64,000 nt of DNA from an uncultured Chloroflexia bacterium (GTDB lineage Bacteria; Chloroflexota; Anaerolineae; Anaerolineales; UBA4823), in assembly GCA_963809805.1 (NCBI GenBank), contig CAWELB010000008.1, positions 446,356 to 510,355 of the forward strand, read 5' to 3'. The notes beneath the pieces were generated by a model, which was not told where the DNA came from, ran no database searches, and saw nothing but the letters and a program-made list of their open reading frames with translations. A program made the position numbers and the translations under genes. Of this stretch, positions 1 through 9,182 are shown piece after piece. Positions within the stretch are counted from its first letter, which is position 1, and every line of letters begins with the position of its first letter.

Positions 1-457
1 AGAATTGGAATAATAAATGGCATGGGGGTAAGGCCATCTTCGGAATTTCTCCAACATTCCAGGCGTTTACGATCAGTCGCCTTGAATTTGGATCTCGTTT
101 TATCTGATCGATCACCTTACTGATCTGGTCGATTACCATACCATCTTCTGTTCTCCAGTGGCGCCACTGAACTCCATACACAGGTCCTAATTCGCCATTG
201 GCATCAGCCCACTCATCCCAGATCCCCACACCATGGTCTTTGAGATATTTTGTGTTGCTTTCACCGCGTAAAAACCAAAGTAATTCATAGATTACCGACT
301 TAATATGCAATTTTTTAGTGGTAAGCAATGGAAATCCATCCCGCAGATTAAACCGCATCTGGTATCCAAAAACTGACAACGTACCCGTGCCTGTTCTGTC
401 AGATTTCGTCGCGCCGTGATCTAAAATATACTGTAGTAAATCGAGGTATTGTCGCAT
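1..457 (-). CDS. thyA: Thymidylate synthase, N-terminal ~152 codons; gene continues past the left window edge
   Basis: Not in the ORF track because it is open at the edge. My minus-strand translation from the ATG at 457-455 reads [72 protein letters not shown]...[11 protein letters not shown]...[22 protein letters not shown]. This matches the canonical ThyA pattern (DRTGTGT, catalytic PCH). Confidence 0.9.
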   Translation of the reverse strand, partial: MRQYLDLLQYILDHGATKSDRTGTGTLSVFGYQMRFNLRDGFPLLTTKKLHIKSVIYELLWFLRGESNTKYLKDHGVGIWDEWADANGELGPVYGVQWRHWRTEDGMVIDQISKVIDQIKRDPNSRRLIVNAWNVGEIPKMALPPCHLLFQF

Positions 458-488
458 TGTAAATACCAGCTCAAAGTATCGGAAATGC

Positions 489-1427
489 TTAAGTTTTGTT
501 TACACTCGTATTGATTTCACGGGTTTGTTCGATATCTATATGGATTTGACGAATTAATTCCTCGACACTATCAAAGCGTTCTTCGCCACGTAATCGTTCA
601 ACAAAATCCACCGCAATGTTCTGGGTATATAAATCTTCTGAATAATCAAGGATATGCGCTTCAACATGCGATCGATTGTCAGTATTTTCGAAAGTCGGGC
701 GCGTGCCCACATTGACTGCAGCCGGCCATATCTTATCCTGAAGCTGTACACGGCAGGCATATACCCCTGCGCCTGGAATCAGTTTCTCTGAGCCAGTCTC
801 TAAATTTGCCGTTGGAACACCAATTAGCTTGCCTCTGCCATCGCCATGCACCACTTCTCCCGCAACTCGATAAAATCTTCCCAATAAGTTATTCGCCTCA
901 CGTACCTTACCTTCAGCGAGCAATGTCCTAATTTGGCTGGAGGACACAATTCGCCCATCAGACATAATAGGATCTACAACATGAACCTGGTATCCGAATT
1001 CCTCACCAAGAAGCTTCAGAACGGGAACATTACCTTCTCTGCCTTTTCCAAGTGCAAAATCATAACCCACCCAGAGTTCGGTAAATCCCAGATGATCCTT
1101 TAGGTAAGTAATATACTCACGAGCGGTAGACTGGGACAATTCATAGGTAAACGGGTGAGTGATTACGATATCCATCCCAAGACCATCGAGCAGCTCCACT
1201 TTTTCAGCTGGTGTGGTGAGATAAAATGCACCTGTTCTTCCCCGTAATACGACTGCCGGATGAGGGTGAAAAGTTAACACGGCAGAACGAGCTCCCGCGT
1301 GATGAGCGTAAGCATTCAAATCTTGTATGAGCTTTTGGTGACCGATATGAATACCATCAAAGGATCCAATGGTCAGCCATGTATTCCTGATATTGACACC
1401 GTCTAAAGAAGTGAAGTGTTGCACCAT
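489..1427 (-). CDS. ribF: Bifunctional riboflavin kinase / FMN adenylyltransferase
   Basis: 312 aa. Motifs [11 protein letters not shown] (nucleotidyltransferase HxGH), PTAN and NVGTRPTF (kinase domain). Sits directly downstream of truB, as in many bacteria. Confidence 0.9.
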   Translation of the reverse strand: MVQHFTSLDGVNIRNTWLTIGSFDGIHIGHQKLIQDLNAYAHHAGARSAVLTFHPHPAVVLRGRTGAFYLTTPAEKVELLDGLGMDIVITHPFTYELSQSTAREYITYLKDHLGFTELWVGYDFALGKGREGNVPVLKLLGEEFGYQVHVVDPIMSDGRIVSSSQIRTLLAEGKVREANNLLGRFYRVAGEVVHGDGRGKLIGVPTANLETGSEKLIPGAGVYACRVQLQDKIWPAAVNVGTRPTFENTDNRSHVEAHILDYSEDLYTQNIAVDFVERLRGEERFDSVEELIRQIHIDIEQTREINTSVNKT

Positions 1428-1446
1428 GGGGCGTCAATATAAATTA

Positions 1447-2361
1447 TTATGAAAAGAATACCTTGCGAGGTTGCCATTCTTTGGTTGCTTCATCTAGTTC
1501 CATTAATGCAACCAAATCGCCCTGCTGACTCACACCTCTAACCCAACCTTTTTCTTCACCTTCAGCAGTAATGCGATGACCATGCCGGATTAATTCCACC
1601 TGATCTCCGTCTAATTCCACCATATGCCAGTCACCTAAAGCTTCGGCTGCTGGGATCAGGAATTTATACCAATCACCTACATGGAACGCTTCTTGTAATC
1701 TCCGCAACGGCACTGCATCACGGAGCGTGAACCGCCCGCTTTTCGTTCTCCTTAATCCAACTAAATGAGCCCCGCATCCTAAAGCCACACCCAGGTCATT
1801 GGCAAGCGATCGAACATAAGTTCCGGACGAACAAAAAACATCGATCACAGCTTCAGGAGGGTTCCATTCTAGTAATTCCAAACTATACACCTGGATCGTA
1901 CGGGGTTGAAGCTCGACCTCTTCACCTTCGCGCGCCATCTCATAGGCTTTTCTGCCCTGAACCTTTATGGCTGAATAAGGTGGTGGGATTTGTTGAATCT
2001 CACCTATAAATTTCTGTAATGCTTCCTCAAATTGCTCCTCAGTGATGTTCTCTACCGATCCGGAAGATGTAATCTTTCCTTCTGAATCAAATGTATCGGT
2101 GGTGCTGCCTAAATGTACAGTGGCTTGGTACCGTTTATCAGATGCAGAAACATATTCGCTTAGCCGAACGGCAGGCCCAACCAGAATCACAAGCACGCCA
2201 GATGCTCTTGGATCTAATGTACCCGTATGACCTGCTCGGTGAATATTTGTACCCCGCCGAATTATTTGAACTACATCATGTGAGGTTAATCCCACTGGCT
2301 TATCGACTACCAACACGCCAGAAACAGCATTTTTTAATTGATCTTCATAATTCTTATTCAT
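1447..2361 (-). CDS. truB: tRNA pseudouridine-55 synthase
   Basis: 304 aa. GLTSHDVV and GHTGTLDP (catalytic Asp) motifs, with a C-terminal PUA-like region. Conserved position after rbfA. Confidence 0.9.
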   Translation of the reverse strand: MNKNYEDQLKNAVSGVLVVDKPVGLTSHDVVQIIRRGTNIHRAGHTGTLDPRASGVLVILVGPAVRLSEYVSASDKRYQATVHLGSTTDTFDSEGKITSSGSVENITEEQFEEALQKFIGEIQQIPPPYSAIKVQGRKAYEMAREGEEVELQPRTIQVYSLELLEWNPPEAVIDVFCSSGTYVRSLANDLGVALGCGAHLVGLRRTKSGRFTLRDAVPLRRLQEAFHVGDWYKFLIPAAEALGDWHMVELDGDQVELIRHGHRITAEGEEKGWVRGVSQQGDLVALMELDEATKEWQPRKVFFS

Positions 2362-2385
2362 ATACCATCCCTGATAATTTATACG

Positions 2386-3387
2386 CTATCTTTTCTCCCC
2401 TGCAGGTTCTTTGACATGATTCATTGACAAATGTGTTTCTGCCAAGACTTTTTTCATCACTTCAATCAATTCACCTTTAACATCAGCTCCAGCAGCTGCT
2501 TTGTGTCCCCCACCGCCAAATAACTGAGCGATATCTGAAACATCCAAGTCAGTTTCCTCACTCCCACACAAGCGCCAACTAATTTTAACATATCCTCCCG
2601 CTTGCTCGGTTAAAATAACCGCAACTTTCGCTCCCTCAATTGCAGACAAGACTTTAACTAAGTCAGCATCATCACGCGCTGGATATCCAGCATCATTGCG
2701 TTCGCATAAGGAAAGGGTTGTCCAGACCAATCCATCTTCCATCTGGATTTTTGACAGACCAGCTCCCCAATAGCGGGCGGAAGCAAGTGATTGCTCGACG
2801 ATCGTCTTATAATAAATCTCAGCTAAATCACCCCCTTGTTCCATTAAATCGGCAATCATCCGAAGCACCTGCGGATAAACATTAGCTGTCCGAAAACCAA
2901 TCGTATCCGTGACAATCCCGGTTATTAATGCATTGGCGATTGGTTTGGTGATGGGAAAGCCAAGCGCGGGTAGATATTTCGCTAGTATCTCGGCAGTCGC
3001 TACTGCCTTACTCTCGACCAGATTGATCTTAGCAAAATACGTATTGGTTTTGTGATGATCAATGTTGAGGTCGGGCTCATTGTAACCATTCAAATCTATA
3101 TCAATTCGCTCAATTTCTGCAGAATCGACTACGATGATGTAGTCAACCTCTCCTTTCGGTTGATTGACCACTAGCTCTGTGCCGGTTAAAAATCGAAAGT
3201 TATCCGGTATGGCATCCTTGAGCACCATCTGCACGGATTTACCGGCATTAATCAACGCCAGTCCCATCGCTAGTAAAGAACCAATGGCATCTCCATCAGG
3301 ACGCTGATGTGAGATCACTAGCACCTTATTTGCTTGTTTTAAATGGTTTATAACCTGTGCAATTATTTTATGTTGAAGAACTTGCAT
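2386..3387 (-). CDS. nrnA: DHH/DHHA1 family phosphoesterase (NrnA-like oligoribonuclease/pAp phosphatase)
   Basis: 333 aa. DHH motifs HQRPDGDAIGS, VVDSAE and NIDHHKTN, plus DHHA1 GGGGHKAAAG. Overlaps the rbfA stop by 20 nt. Confidence 0.75.
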   Translation of the reverse strand: MQVLQHKIIAQVINHLKQANKVLVISHQRPDGDAIGSLLAMGLALINAGKSVQMVLKDAIPDNFRFLTGTELVVNQPKGEVDYIIVVDSAEIERIDIDLNGYNEPDLNIDHHKTNTYFAKINLVESKAVATAEILAKYLPALGFPITKPIANALITGIVTDTIGFRTANVYPQVLRMIADLMEQGGDLAEIYYKTIVEQSLASARYWGAGLSKIQMEDGLVWTTLSLCERNDAGYPARDDADLVKVLSAIEGAKVAVILTEQAGGYVKISWRLCGSEETDLDVSDIAQLFGGGGHKAAAGADVKGELIEVMKKVLAETHLSMNHVKEPAGEKR

Positions 3388-3829
3388 TCTTTGCCACCCT
3401 TTTTTTTCTTGGCATGCTCTCAGGCTTCCCGTCGGTTTGATGGATTGTAAGAATCAAACGCTCAATTTGATCCGCGCGTTCAAAAGTAGGATCCCAATGA
3501 AATCTCAAGCGTGGAAAAACCCGTAATTCCATGCGATGCGCCAATTCACTGCGTAAGAATCCTTGGGCATGCTCCAAGCCAGCTAATATTTCTTGGGAAC
3601 GTTGTATCCCTTCGATAGCGCATACATATACATCAGCAAACGCCAGTTCTTTGTCGACCTCAGCCCCTGTGATGGTGATTCCTTTCAAACGCGGGTCGTT
3701 GCTCTCCATTAATAAAATTTCGGAGAGATCTTCCCTTATACGTTCTGATATTTTGGTCAATCGTGTTTTAGATACCAATCCAGCCTCCCAATTATTTAGG
3801 CTGCAGCCACCATTTCGACTAAGACACAT
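3368..3829 (-). CDS. rbfA: Ribosome-binding factor A; start uncertain
   Basis: The core sequence SKTRLTKISERIREDLSEILL...FHWD is typical of RbfA. The track start at 3829 overlaps the infB 3' end by 34 nt. The first ~18 residues look non-homologous, so a later (possibly non-ATG) start near 3775-3790 is likely. Confidence 0.85.
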   Translation of the reverse strand: MCLSRNGGCSLNNWEAGLVSKTRLTKISERIREDLSEILLMESNDPRLKGITITGAEVDKELAFADVYVCAIEGIQRSQEILAGLEHAQGFLRSELAHRMELRVFPRLRFHWDPTFERADQIERLILTIHQTDGKPESMPRKKRVAKNASSST

Positions 3830-5601
3830 TCAATCCGATCACCTTCCTTAAAATCGGAAAAATTCCGAATCGCGATGCCGCATTCAAACCCCTGGCGTAG
3901 CTCCTTGACGTCTTCCTGAAGGTGTTTTATGGATGAAATTTCGCCAATGGCAACAACCTCCCCATTTCTGAGTACTTTCCCCCGCAGATTACGCCGGATT
4001 TCGCCATCAGTGACATAACAGCCGGCGATATTACCAACTTTGGATATACGAAATAGCTTTCTCACTTCTGCATGTCCAAGGACGGTTTCTCTCTCAACTG
4101 GCTCAAGCATACCATTCAGTGCTTTCTCGATATCCTCAATCATGCGGTAAATAATGTCATATAACCGTATCGAAACACCTTCTTTTTCGGCCAATCGCCT
4201 TGCTGCAACATCTGCCTGCACACTAAACCCGATGATTACAGCTTTTGATGCAGCGGCGAGCATAACGTCATTTTCGGTTATATTTCCGGTTTCTGCGTGT
4301 AAGACTTTTACTGATAGCTCGTCAGTACAAAGGTCTCTCAATGAAGAGACAATAGGTTCCAATGAACCCTGTACATCGGCTTTAATTATCAAACGTAATT
4401 CTTGGATCACACCTGCTTTATATTGATCAAATAATTGCTCCAGGGTGATTTGAGCTTTCTTACCGCTGGCGACATTCTCGCCATTTTGGGACTCTTCGGC
4501 GATGAAGACTCTCGCTTCTTTTTCTGATGGCACTACTTGAAATAGATCACCCGCTTGAGGAACTTCATTCAGGCCCATGACAGAAACTGGCGTGGAAGGT
4601 CCTGCTTTACGGATCCGCCGGCCTCGAAAATCAAACAGGGCTTTCAATCGTCCATACGCCGTGCCAACAACGACCACATCCCCCACTTCCAGGGTACCAT
4701 TTTGGACAAGTAAGGTTGCCATAGAACCTTTCGCCTTATCCAACTCTGCTTCAATCACAGTCCCAATTACCTGTCCATTTGGATTGGCGCGAATATCCAT
4801 GTTATCGGATACCAGCACAATGGCCTCGAGTAAATCTTCCAAACCTTCCCGGCGCTTAGCAGACATAGGTACAACAATCGTATCCCCATCCCAATCGTCA
4901 GGAACCAAACCCACCTCTGCCAGCTGCTGCCGCACACGATCAGGATCTGCATTCGGTTTATCAATCTTGTTCAAAGCAACGATAATGGGCACTTTAGCTG
5001 CTTTTGCGTGGGCAATCGCTTCCTTTGTCTGCGGCATCACCCCATCGTCAGCAGCAATCACAAGAACGACAATATCTGCTCCTTGCGCTCCGCGGGCTCT
5101 CATAGCAGTAAATGCCGCATGACCAGGGGTATCCAAAAATGTGATGAGATGACCATTATGCTCAGCTTGGTAAGCGCCGATGTGTTGAGTTATCCCCCCC
5201 ACTTCGCCTTCAGCAACATTCGTCTCTCTGATCGCGTCTAACAGGGTAGTTTTGCCGTGATCAACGTGACCGAGGATTGTCACTACAGGAGGCCGTGCTG
5301 CCAAATTCTCGACAGCTTCTTTGGCAATAGCTTTCCTCCATTGTGGAATCTCACCCAGATCGATTTCACTGACCTTTGGGCTCTCGGGTACTGCTTCAAA
5401 ACCCATCTCTGAAGCTACAATCGCTGCAGTATCAAAATCAATCGGTTGATTAATACTTGCCATTACTCCATTGGACATCAAAGCTTTAATGACATCAATG
5501 GGGCTGGTTTGCATCATCTGTGCAAGATCTCGCACCGTGATACTCGAGGAAAGTTCTATTTTTTTTGAATTATTGCCGTTATCGCTCATATGGTACCTCA
5601 A
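3796..5601 (-). CDS. infB: Translation initiation factor IF-2 (short N-terminal form)
   Basis: 601 aa. G-domain motifs [17 protein letters not shown] and NKID. Lies in nusA-ylxR-infB synteny. Confidence 0.95.
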   Translation of the reverse strand: MRYHMSDNGNNSKKIELSSSITVRDLAQMMQTSPIDVIKALMSNGVMASINQPIDFDTAAIVASEMGFEAVPESPKVSEIDLGEIPQWRKAIAKEAVENLAARPPVVTILGHVDHGKTTLLDAIRETNVAEGEVGGITQHIGAYQAEHNGHLITFLDTPGHAAFTAMRARGAQGADIVVLVIAADDGVMPQTKEAIAHAKAAKVPIIVALNKIDKPNADPDRVRQQLAEVGLVPDDWDGDTIVVPMSAKRREGLEDLLEAIVLVSDNMDIRANPNGQVIGTVIEAELDKAKGSMATLLVQNGTLEVGDVVVVGTAYGRLKALFDFRGRRIRKAGPSTPVSVMGLNEVPQAGDLFQVVPSEKEARVFIAEESQNGENVASGKKAQITLEQLFDQYKAGVIQELRLIIKADVQGSLEPIVSSLRDLCTDELSVKVLHAETGNITENDVMLAAASKAVIIGFSVQADVAARRLAEKEGVSIRLYDIIYRMIEDIEKALNGMLEPVERETVLGHAEVRKLFRISKVGNIAGCYVTDGEIRRNLRGKVLRNGEVVAIGEISSIKHLQEDVKELRQGFECGIAIRNFSDFKEGDRIECVLVEMVAAA

Positions 5602-5663
5602 CGATTTCGATTTATATGACCCCTATGAGCGGGTGAGATGGATCACTCGTCCATTATCGGATC

Positions 5664-5945
5664 CTATTCCGGTAATGATACGGCGTAATTCATGAGTCGT
5701 TCACGCTCTTCAGGAGTAAATTCGGTTTTTAATGCGCTTGCCAATGCTCCCTTTAATCCACTTTCCCAACAAGAACGCTGGACATGAAGGTAAGCACCCC
5801 TTCCTGCTAACTTTCCTGTTGGGTCAATCACTACCCCTTGCGGGCTGCGTACGATTCTGATCATCGAACGTTTTGGCAATATTTCCCGGCAAGCTATACA
5901 TGTTCTCTGGGGAATATGCCTTCGTTTTCCGGTTTTTCGGGGCAT
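5664..5945 (-). CDS. ylxR: YlxR/DUF448 family RNA-binding protein
   Basis: 93 aa. RTCIACREILPKRSMIRIV motif. Canonical position between nusA and infB. Confidence 0.8.
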   Translation of the reverse strand: MPRKTGKRRHIPQRTCIACREILPKRSMIRIVRSPQGVVIDPTGKLAGRGAYLHVQRSCWESGLKGALASALKTEFTPEERERLMNYAVSLPE

Positions 5946-5961
5946 ATGGCCTGCTTATTGA

Positions 5962-7959
5962 TTAGAAATTCCAATCATCTTCCCAATCACCACCACGCTT
6001 CCGTTTTCGTTTCACCAATGTAATATCGCGATCGGGATCATAAACAACTTCCACAAATTTCTTCTTTTTCTTCTTCTTTTTACCTTTTTTATCGAGATCC
6101 TCTTCGTCTTCCTCTTCTTCACTGTCTTGAACAGTCAGAATTTCGGGCCTTAATGCAAAGATCTCATTGAAGTCTACTGGTTTTTCTGTTTCTTCTTCTT
6201 TGATCTCACCTGCTGGAACCTTTTCTTCCCCAACAACTTCCGGCTCAGCAAGAACTTCTTCGGTGACAGCCGCACCTTCTTCAGCTGGGGTAAGCTGTGC
6301 GGTTGGAACCAGCTCTCCTTCTTCAGGCTGTCCTGTAGCAGGTATCTGTTCAGATACTGGTTCATCAGCTTTCACCTGTTCGCCTGCCTCAGTGGCAGCT
6401 TGCTCGACGAGTTCTGGGGTAACTACTTCTGGCTCAGGTGATGGGAATACCATCGTGGATAATTTCTCCTTAATTTCTTCCATTGCTTTCGGACCAATTC
6501 CACTGATCCCCAATACCGCATCTTCATCTAACGCCAGCTGGAACATTAAATCGCCAATATTTTCGTAACCGGAAGAGCTGAGCAAATCATAAATACGATC
6601 AGCTAAAGCTAAATTTTCGAGAGACATTTCGAAAGCTGGTGCCGGAATCTTAGAGCGAATTTCCTTGCGACGTTCTTCTTCGGCCAATTTTTCCACAGTA
6701 CGTCGGTGAATCAAGCCCTTCTCAACTCTATCCACAAATTGACTCAGGAATTGATACTCTTCAGGCGTAATCGGGCGTCCTTCTGCTTTCTTTCCAAGAA
6801 TTATCTCGACTCTGGGGACGTTTTCTAATTCAAGCTCAGCCATTGGAGCAAACTCAGGGTCACTCTGTAAGCGATGGATCGCATCACCAGCAGCTTCAAG
6901 CAAAGACTTGATATCAATACGCCAGCCGGTTAATTTGGCAGCCAGGCGTGCGTTCTGTCCATCGCGACCAATTGCCAGACTGAGTTGATCATCCATTACC
7001 ACCACAGTGGCTGTTTTTGTGCCTTTTGCGTGCTCATTAAGATATACACCAGTGACACGCGCAGGGCTGAGTGCTTTAGCGATATAAGCAGACGGGTCTG
7101 AATCAAATTCTATAACATCGATTTTTTCATCGTTCAATTCACGTACGATCGCCTGAATTCTTACACCCCTAATACCTACACAGGCTCCGACGGGGTCTAC
7201 TGCTGGCTGTAAGGCAGCAACTGCTACTTTAGATCTCTGACCAGGCTCCCGCGCAATTGATCGGATCTCTACCAAACCATGGTAAATCTCCGGGACTTCA
7301 TTTTCCAATAGACATCTGAGAAAGTTACGGTGCGAGCGCGATAAGACGATCTGGGGGCCACGTGGGGTTTGTTTGACTTCAAGCAACAAGGATTGCACTC
7401 GATCATGCACCCGAAAGTGCTCACCATTTATCTGTTGGTTTCTAGGAAGCACCCCCTCTGCTTTCATATCTAAACCAAGCGTGACTTGTTGTGGGGTTAC
7501 TGCTTGAACAACACCACTAACGATATCACCAACCTGCTTAGCATAGTATTTCATCTGAGAATCGCGTTCAGCTTCCCGGATACGCTGCTGGATAACCTGG
7601 CGGGCAGTTTGGGCGGCAACCCTGCCAAAATTACTCGGGGTAGATTCTGCAACCACCATTCCACCAAGCTCAGTATTTGGATCAATTTTAAGCGCATCCT
7701 CGAGTGAGACCTCAGTACGCTCATCCTGAACAGCCTCCACCACCTCTTTCTCAGCGAAAACGGTGACTGCTCCTGTTTCGGGATCAATTTTAGCTTCGAC
7801 TAACTGTGCCTGCGAGGCGTTGACCGCCCGGCGATAAGCCGAAACCATAGCTGCCTCGAGAGCTTCCAGGACTACATTTTTAGGTAATCCTTTTTCCTCG
7901 AGCACTTCATTAAATGCCAACATGAACTCGTTTTTCATTCCTTGATTATCTCCGGACAA
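5962..7959 (-). CDS. nusA: Transcription termination/antitermination factor NusA with a long C-terminal extension
   Basis: 665 aa. The N-terminal domain, S1 and KH1/KH2 occupy residues ~1-355. An HhH-like segment (~445-500) follows, then an acidic low-complexity region, a poly-Lys run and a basic/acidic tail. The track start at 7959 is TTG with no SD. An ATG at 7938 (MKNEFMLAF) is an alternative start. Confidence 0.9.
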   Translation of the reverse strand: MSGDNQGMKNEFMLAFNEVLEEKGLPKNVVLEALEAAMVSAYRRAVNASQAQLVEAKIDPETGAVTVFAEKEVVEAVQDERTEVSLEDALKIDPNTELGGMVVAESTPSNFGRVAAQTARQVIQQRIREAERDSQMKYYAKQVGDIVSGVVQAVTPQQVTLGLDMKAEGVLPRNQQINGEHFRVHDRVQSLLLEVKQTPRGPQIVLSRSHRNFLRCLLENEVPEIYHGLVEIRSIAREPGQRSKVAVAALQPAVDPVGACVGIRGVRIQAIVRELNDEKIDVIEFDSDPSAYIAKALSPARVTGVYLNEHAKGTKTATVVVMDDQLSLAIGRDGQNARLAAKLTGWRIDIKSLLEAAGDAIHRLQSDPEFAPMAELELENVPRVEIILGKKAEGRPITPEEYQFLSQFVDRVEKGLIHRRTVEKLAEEERRKEIRSKIPAPAFEMSLENLALADRIYDLLSSSGYENIGDLMFQLALDEDAVLGISGIGPKAMEEIKEKLSTMVFPSPEPEVVTPELVEQAATEAGEQVKADEPVSEQIPATGQPEEGELVPTAQLTPAEEGAAVTEEVLAEPEVVGEEKVPAGEIKEEETEKPVDFNEIFALRPEILTVQDSEEEEDEEDLDKKGKKKKKKKKFVEVVYDPDRDITLVKRKRKRGGDWEDDWNF

Positions 7960-7987
7960 TTATTACAACGGGATTGGCCTTATACGC

Positions 7988-8016
7988 AAGAAAAGTGGGG
8001 GCAGCCCACTTTTCCA
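7988..8016 (-). terminator. Hairpin in the nusA 5' leader: terminator of the upstream HDAC-like operon and/or a nusA attenuator
   Basis: 10-bp perfect stem GAAAAGTGGG (7990-7999) / CCCACTTTTC (8005-8014) with a 5-nt loop. On the minus strand the stem runs into TTTTCTTGCG. It lies downstream of the candidate promoter at 8050-8078. Confidence 0.45.
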
Positions 8017-8049
8017 CGTCGCCACAATCTTAATACCTCTACTTTCATA

Positions 8050-8078
8050 ATTTTAACACGGAAATGACTGTATTGCAA
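8050..8078 (-). promoter_or_regulatory. Candidate sigma-70-type promoter for the nusA operon
   Basis: Minus strand reads TTGCAA (8078-8073), a 17-nt spacer, then TAAAAT (8055-8050). Located in the AT-rich gap between the HDAC-like gene stop and nusA. Confidence 0.45.
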
Positions 8079-8116
8079 GACTAATTATATCCATTAATTA
8101 AATATTCATCTAAATT

Positions 8117-9160
8117 TTACAGATTCCAGATGGAATGTGCCCGGTTTAGTGTTAATTGCCAAGCATTATTTTCTTTATATGGGCAGGGAAATGGGTCGTT
8201 CCACGGCTTCCCCAACACTGAGAGTACTATTGCCAGGCTGCATGCACTTCCAGCATTGAGATCGTAGCCACCTTCAAGGAATAATCCAATTTTACCTTCA
8301 CAGTTCAAATCAGCCCATACACATAATTTCTTGATCAAATTGGCATAACCATCTGCACTCAGCACAAGCTGACCCAGTGGATCGAGCCAGTGAGCATCAA
8401 ACCCGTAGCTTATCAGGATCATTTGCGGTCTCTGTCGATCGAGCAGTGGTAAGATCAGCTCATCCATGACGCTGTTAAATGCGCCATCCCCAGATCCAGC
8501 AGGAAGTGGAAAATTGGCTGTCCAACCTGATCCTTTACCTTCACCCACATCCTCTAAATGACCAGTCCCAGGATAAAATGGTGACTGGTGGATGGATACA
8601 TAAAATACATCATCTCTGGTCCAAAATATATCCTGTGTTCCGTTACCATGGTGCAAATCGAGGTCAACAATTGCGAGCCTCTCTGCATTATGCTCCTGGA
8701 TCAAATACTGTGCAGCAAGCGCAATATTATTTAACAAGCAAAAACCCATGCCTTGTCCACGCATGGCATGGTGACCTGGTGGACGGGTTAATGCAAATCC
8801 GCGTCTGGCATTGCCCGCCCATACATATGAAGCAATCGCAGCAGCCCCACCAGCAGATCGATGGGCAAGCTCCCAGGTGGCAGTAGTAGTGTACGTATCC
8901 ATATCCAAATGTCCACTACGTTTACAAGTGAGCTCTAATAGATTCAAATAGGACGGGGAATGCACAGACATGGAGAGATCATCCGTCAATTCCAGAGGAG
9001 CCAGCTTTGAGTATGTATCCCATATTCCAGCATTTTTTAAGGTAGATCGTATCGTCTCGACACGTTCAGGACGTTCCGGATGCCCATGCTCAATATGGGC
9101 TTCATGTCCGTCTGGGTAAAAATAAACTATCTCTTCCATATTGTATCGACCTTCGTACAA
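8117..9160 (-). CDS. Histone deacetylase-family (class II-like) deacetylase / acetoin-utilisation AcuC-like protein
   Basis: 347 aa. PPGHHA and DLDLHHGNGTQDIFW zinc/active-site motifs of the arginase-deacetylase fold. Confidence 0.8.
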   Translation of the reverse strand: MYEGRYNMEEIVYFYPDGHEAHIEHGHPERPERVETIRSTLKNAGIWDTYSKLAPLELTDDLSMSVHSPSYLNLLELTCKRSGHLDMDTYTTTATWELAHRSAGGAAAIASYVWAGNARRGFALTRPPGHHAMRGQGMGFCLLNNIALAAQYLIQEHNAERLAIVDLDLHHGNGTQDIFWTRDDVFYVSIHQSPFYPGTGHLEDVGEGKGSGWTANFPLPAGSGDGAFNSVMDELILPLLDRQRPQMILISYGFDAHWLDPLGQLVLSADGYANLIKKLCVWADLNCEGKIGLFLEGGYDLNAGSACSLAIVLSVLGKPWNDPFPCPYKENNAWQLTLNRAHSIWNL

Positions 9161-9182
9161 ATCAAATTCTATTTGCTCTTGA

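Noticed and set aside
4577-5122. 181-aa plus-strand ORF inside infB. Similar antisense or alternate-frame ORFs occur inside long genes: 6167..6568 in nusA; 14611..15198 and 15537..16046 in the protease; 22883..23236; 33479..33934; 37061..37414; 45130..45567; 60611..60958.
   Set aside because: Each lies entirely within a well-supported gene with recognisable catalytic motifs. Their translations are low-complexity (Ser/Thr/Ala/Pro/Arg-rich), which is typical of shadow frames. None has a convincing SD or promoter.
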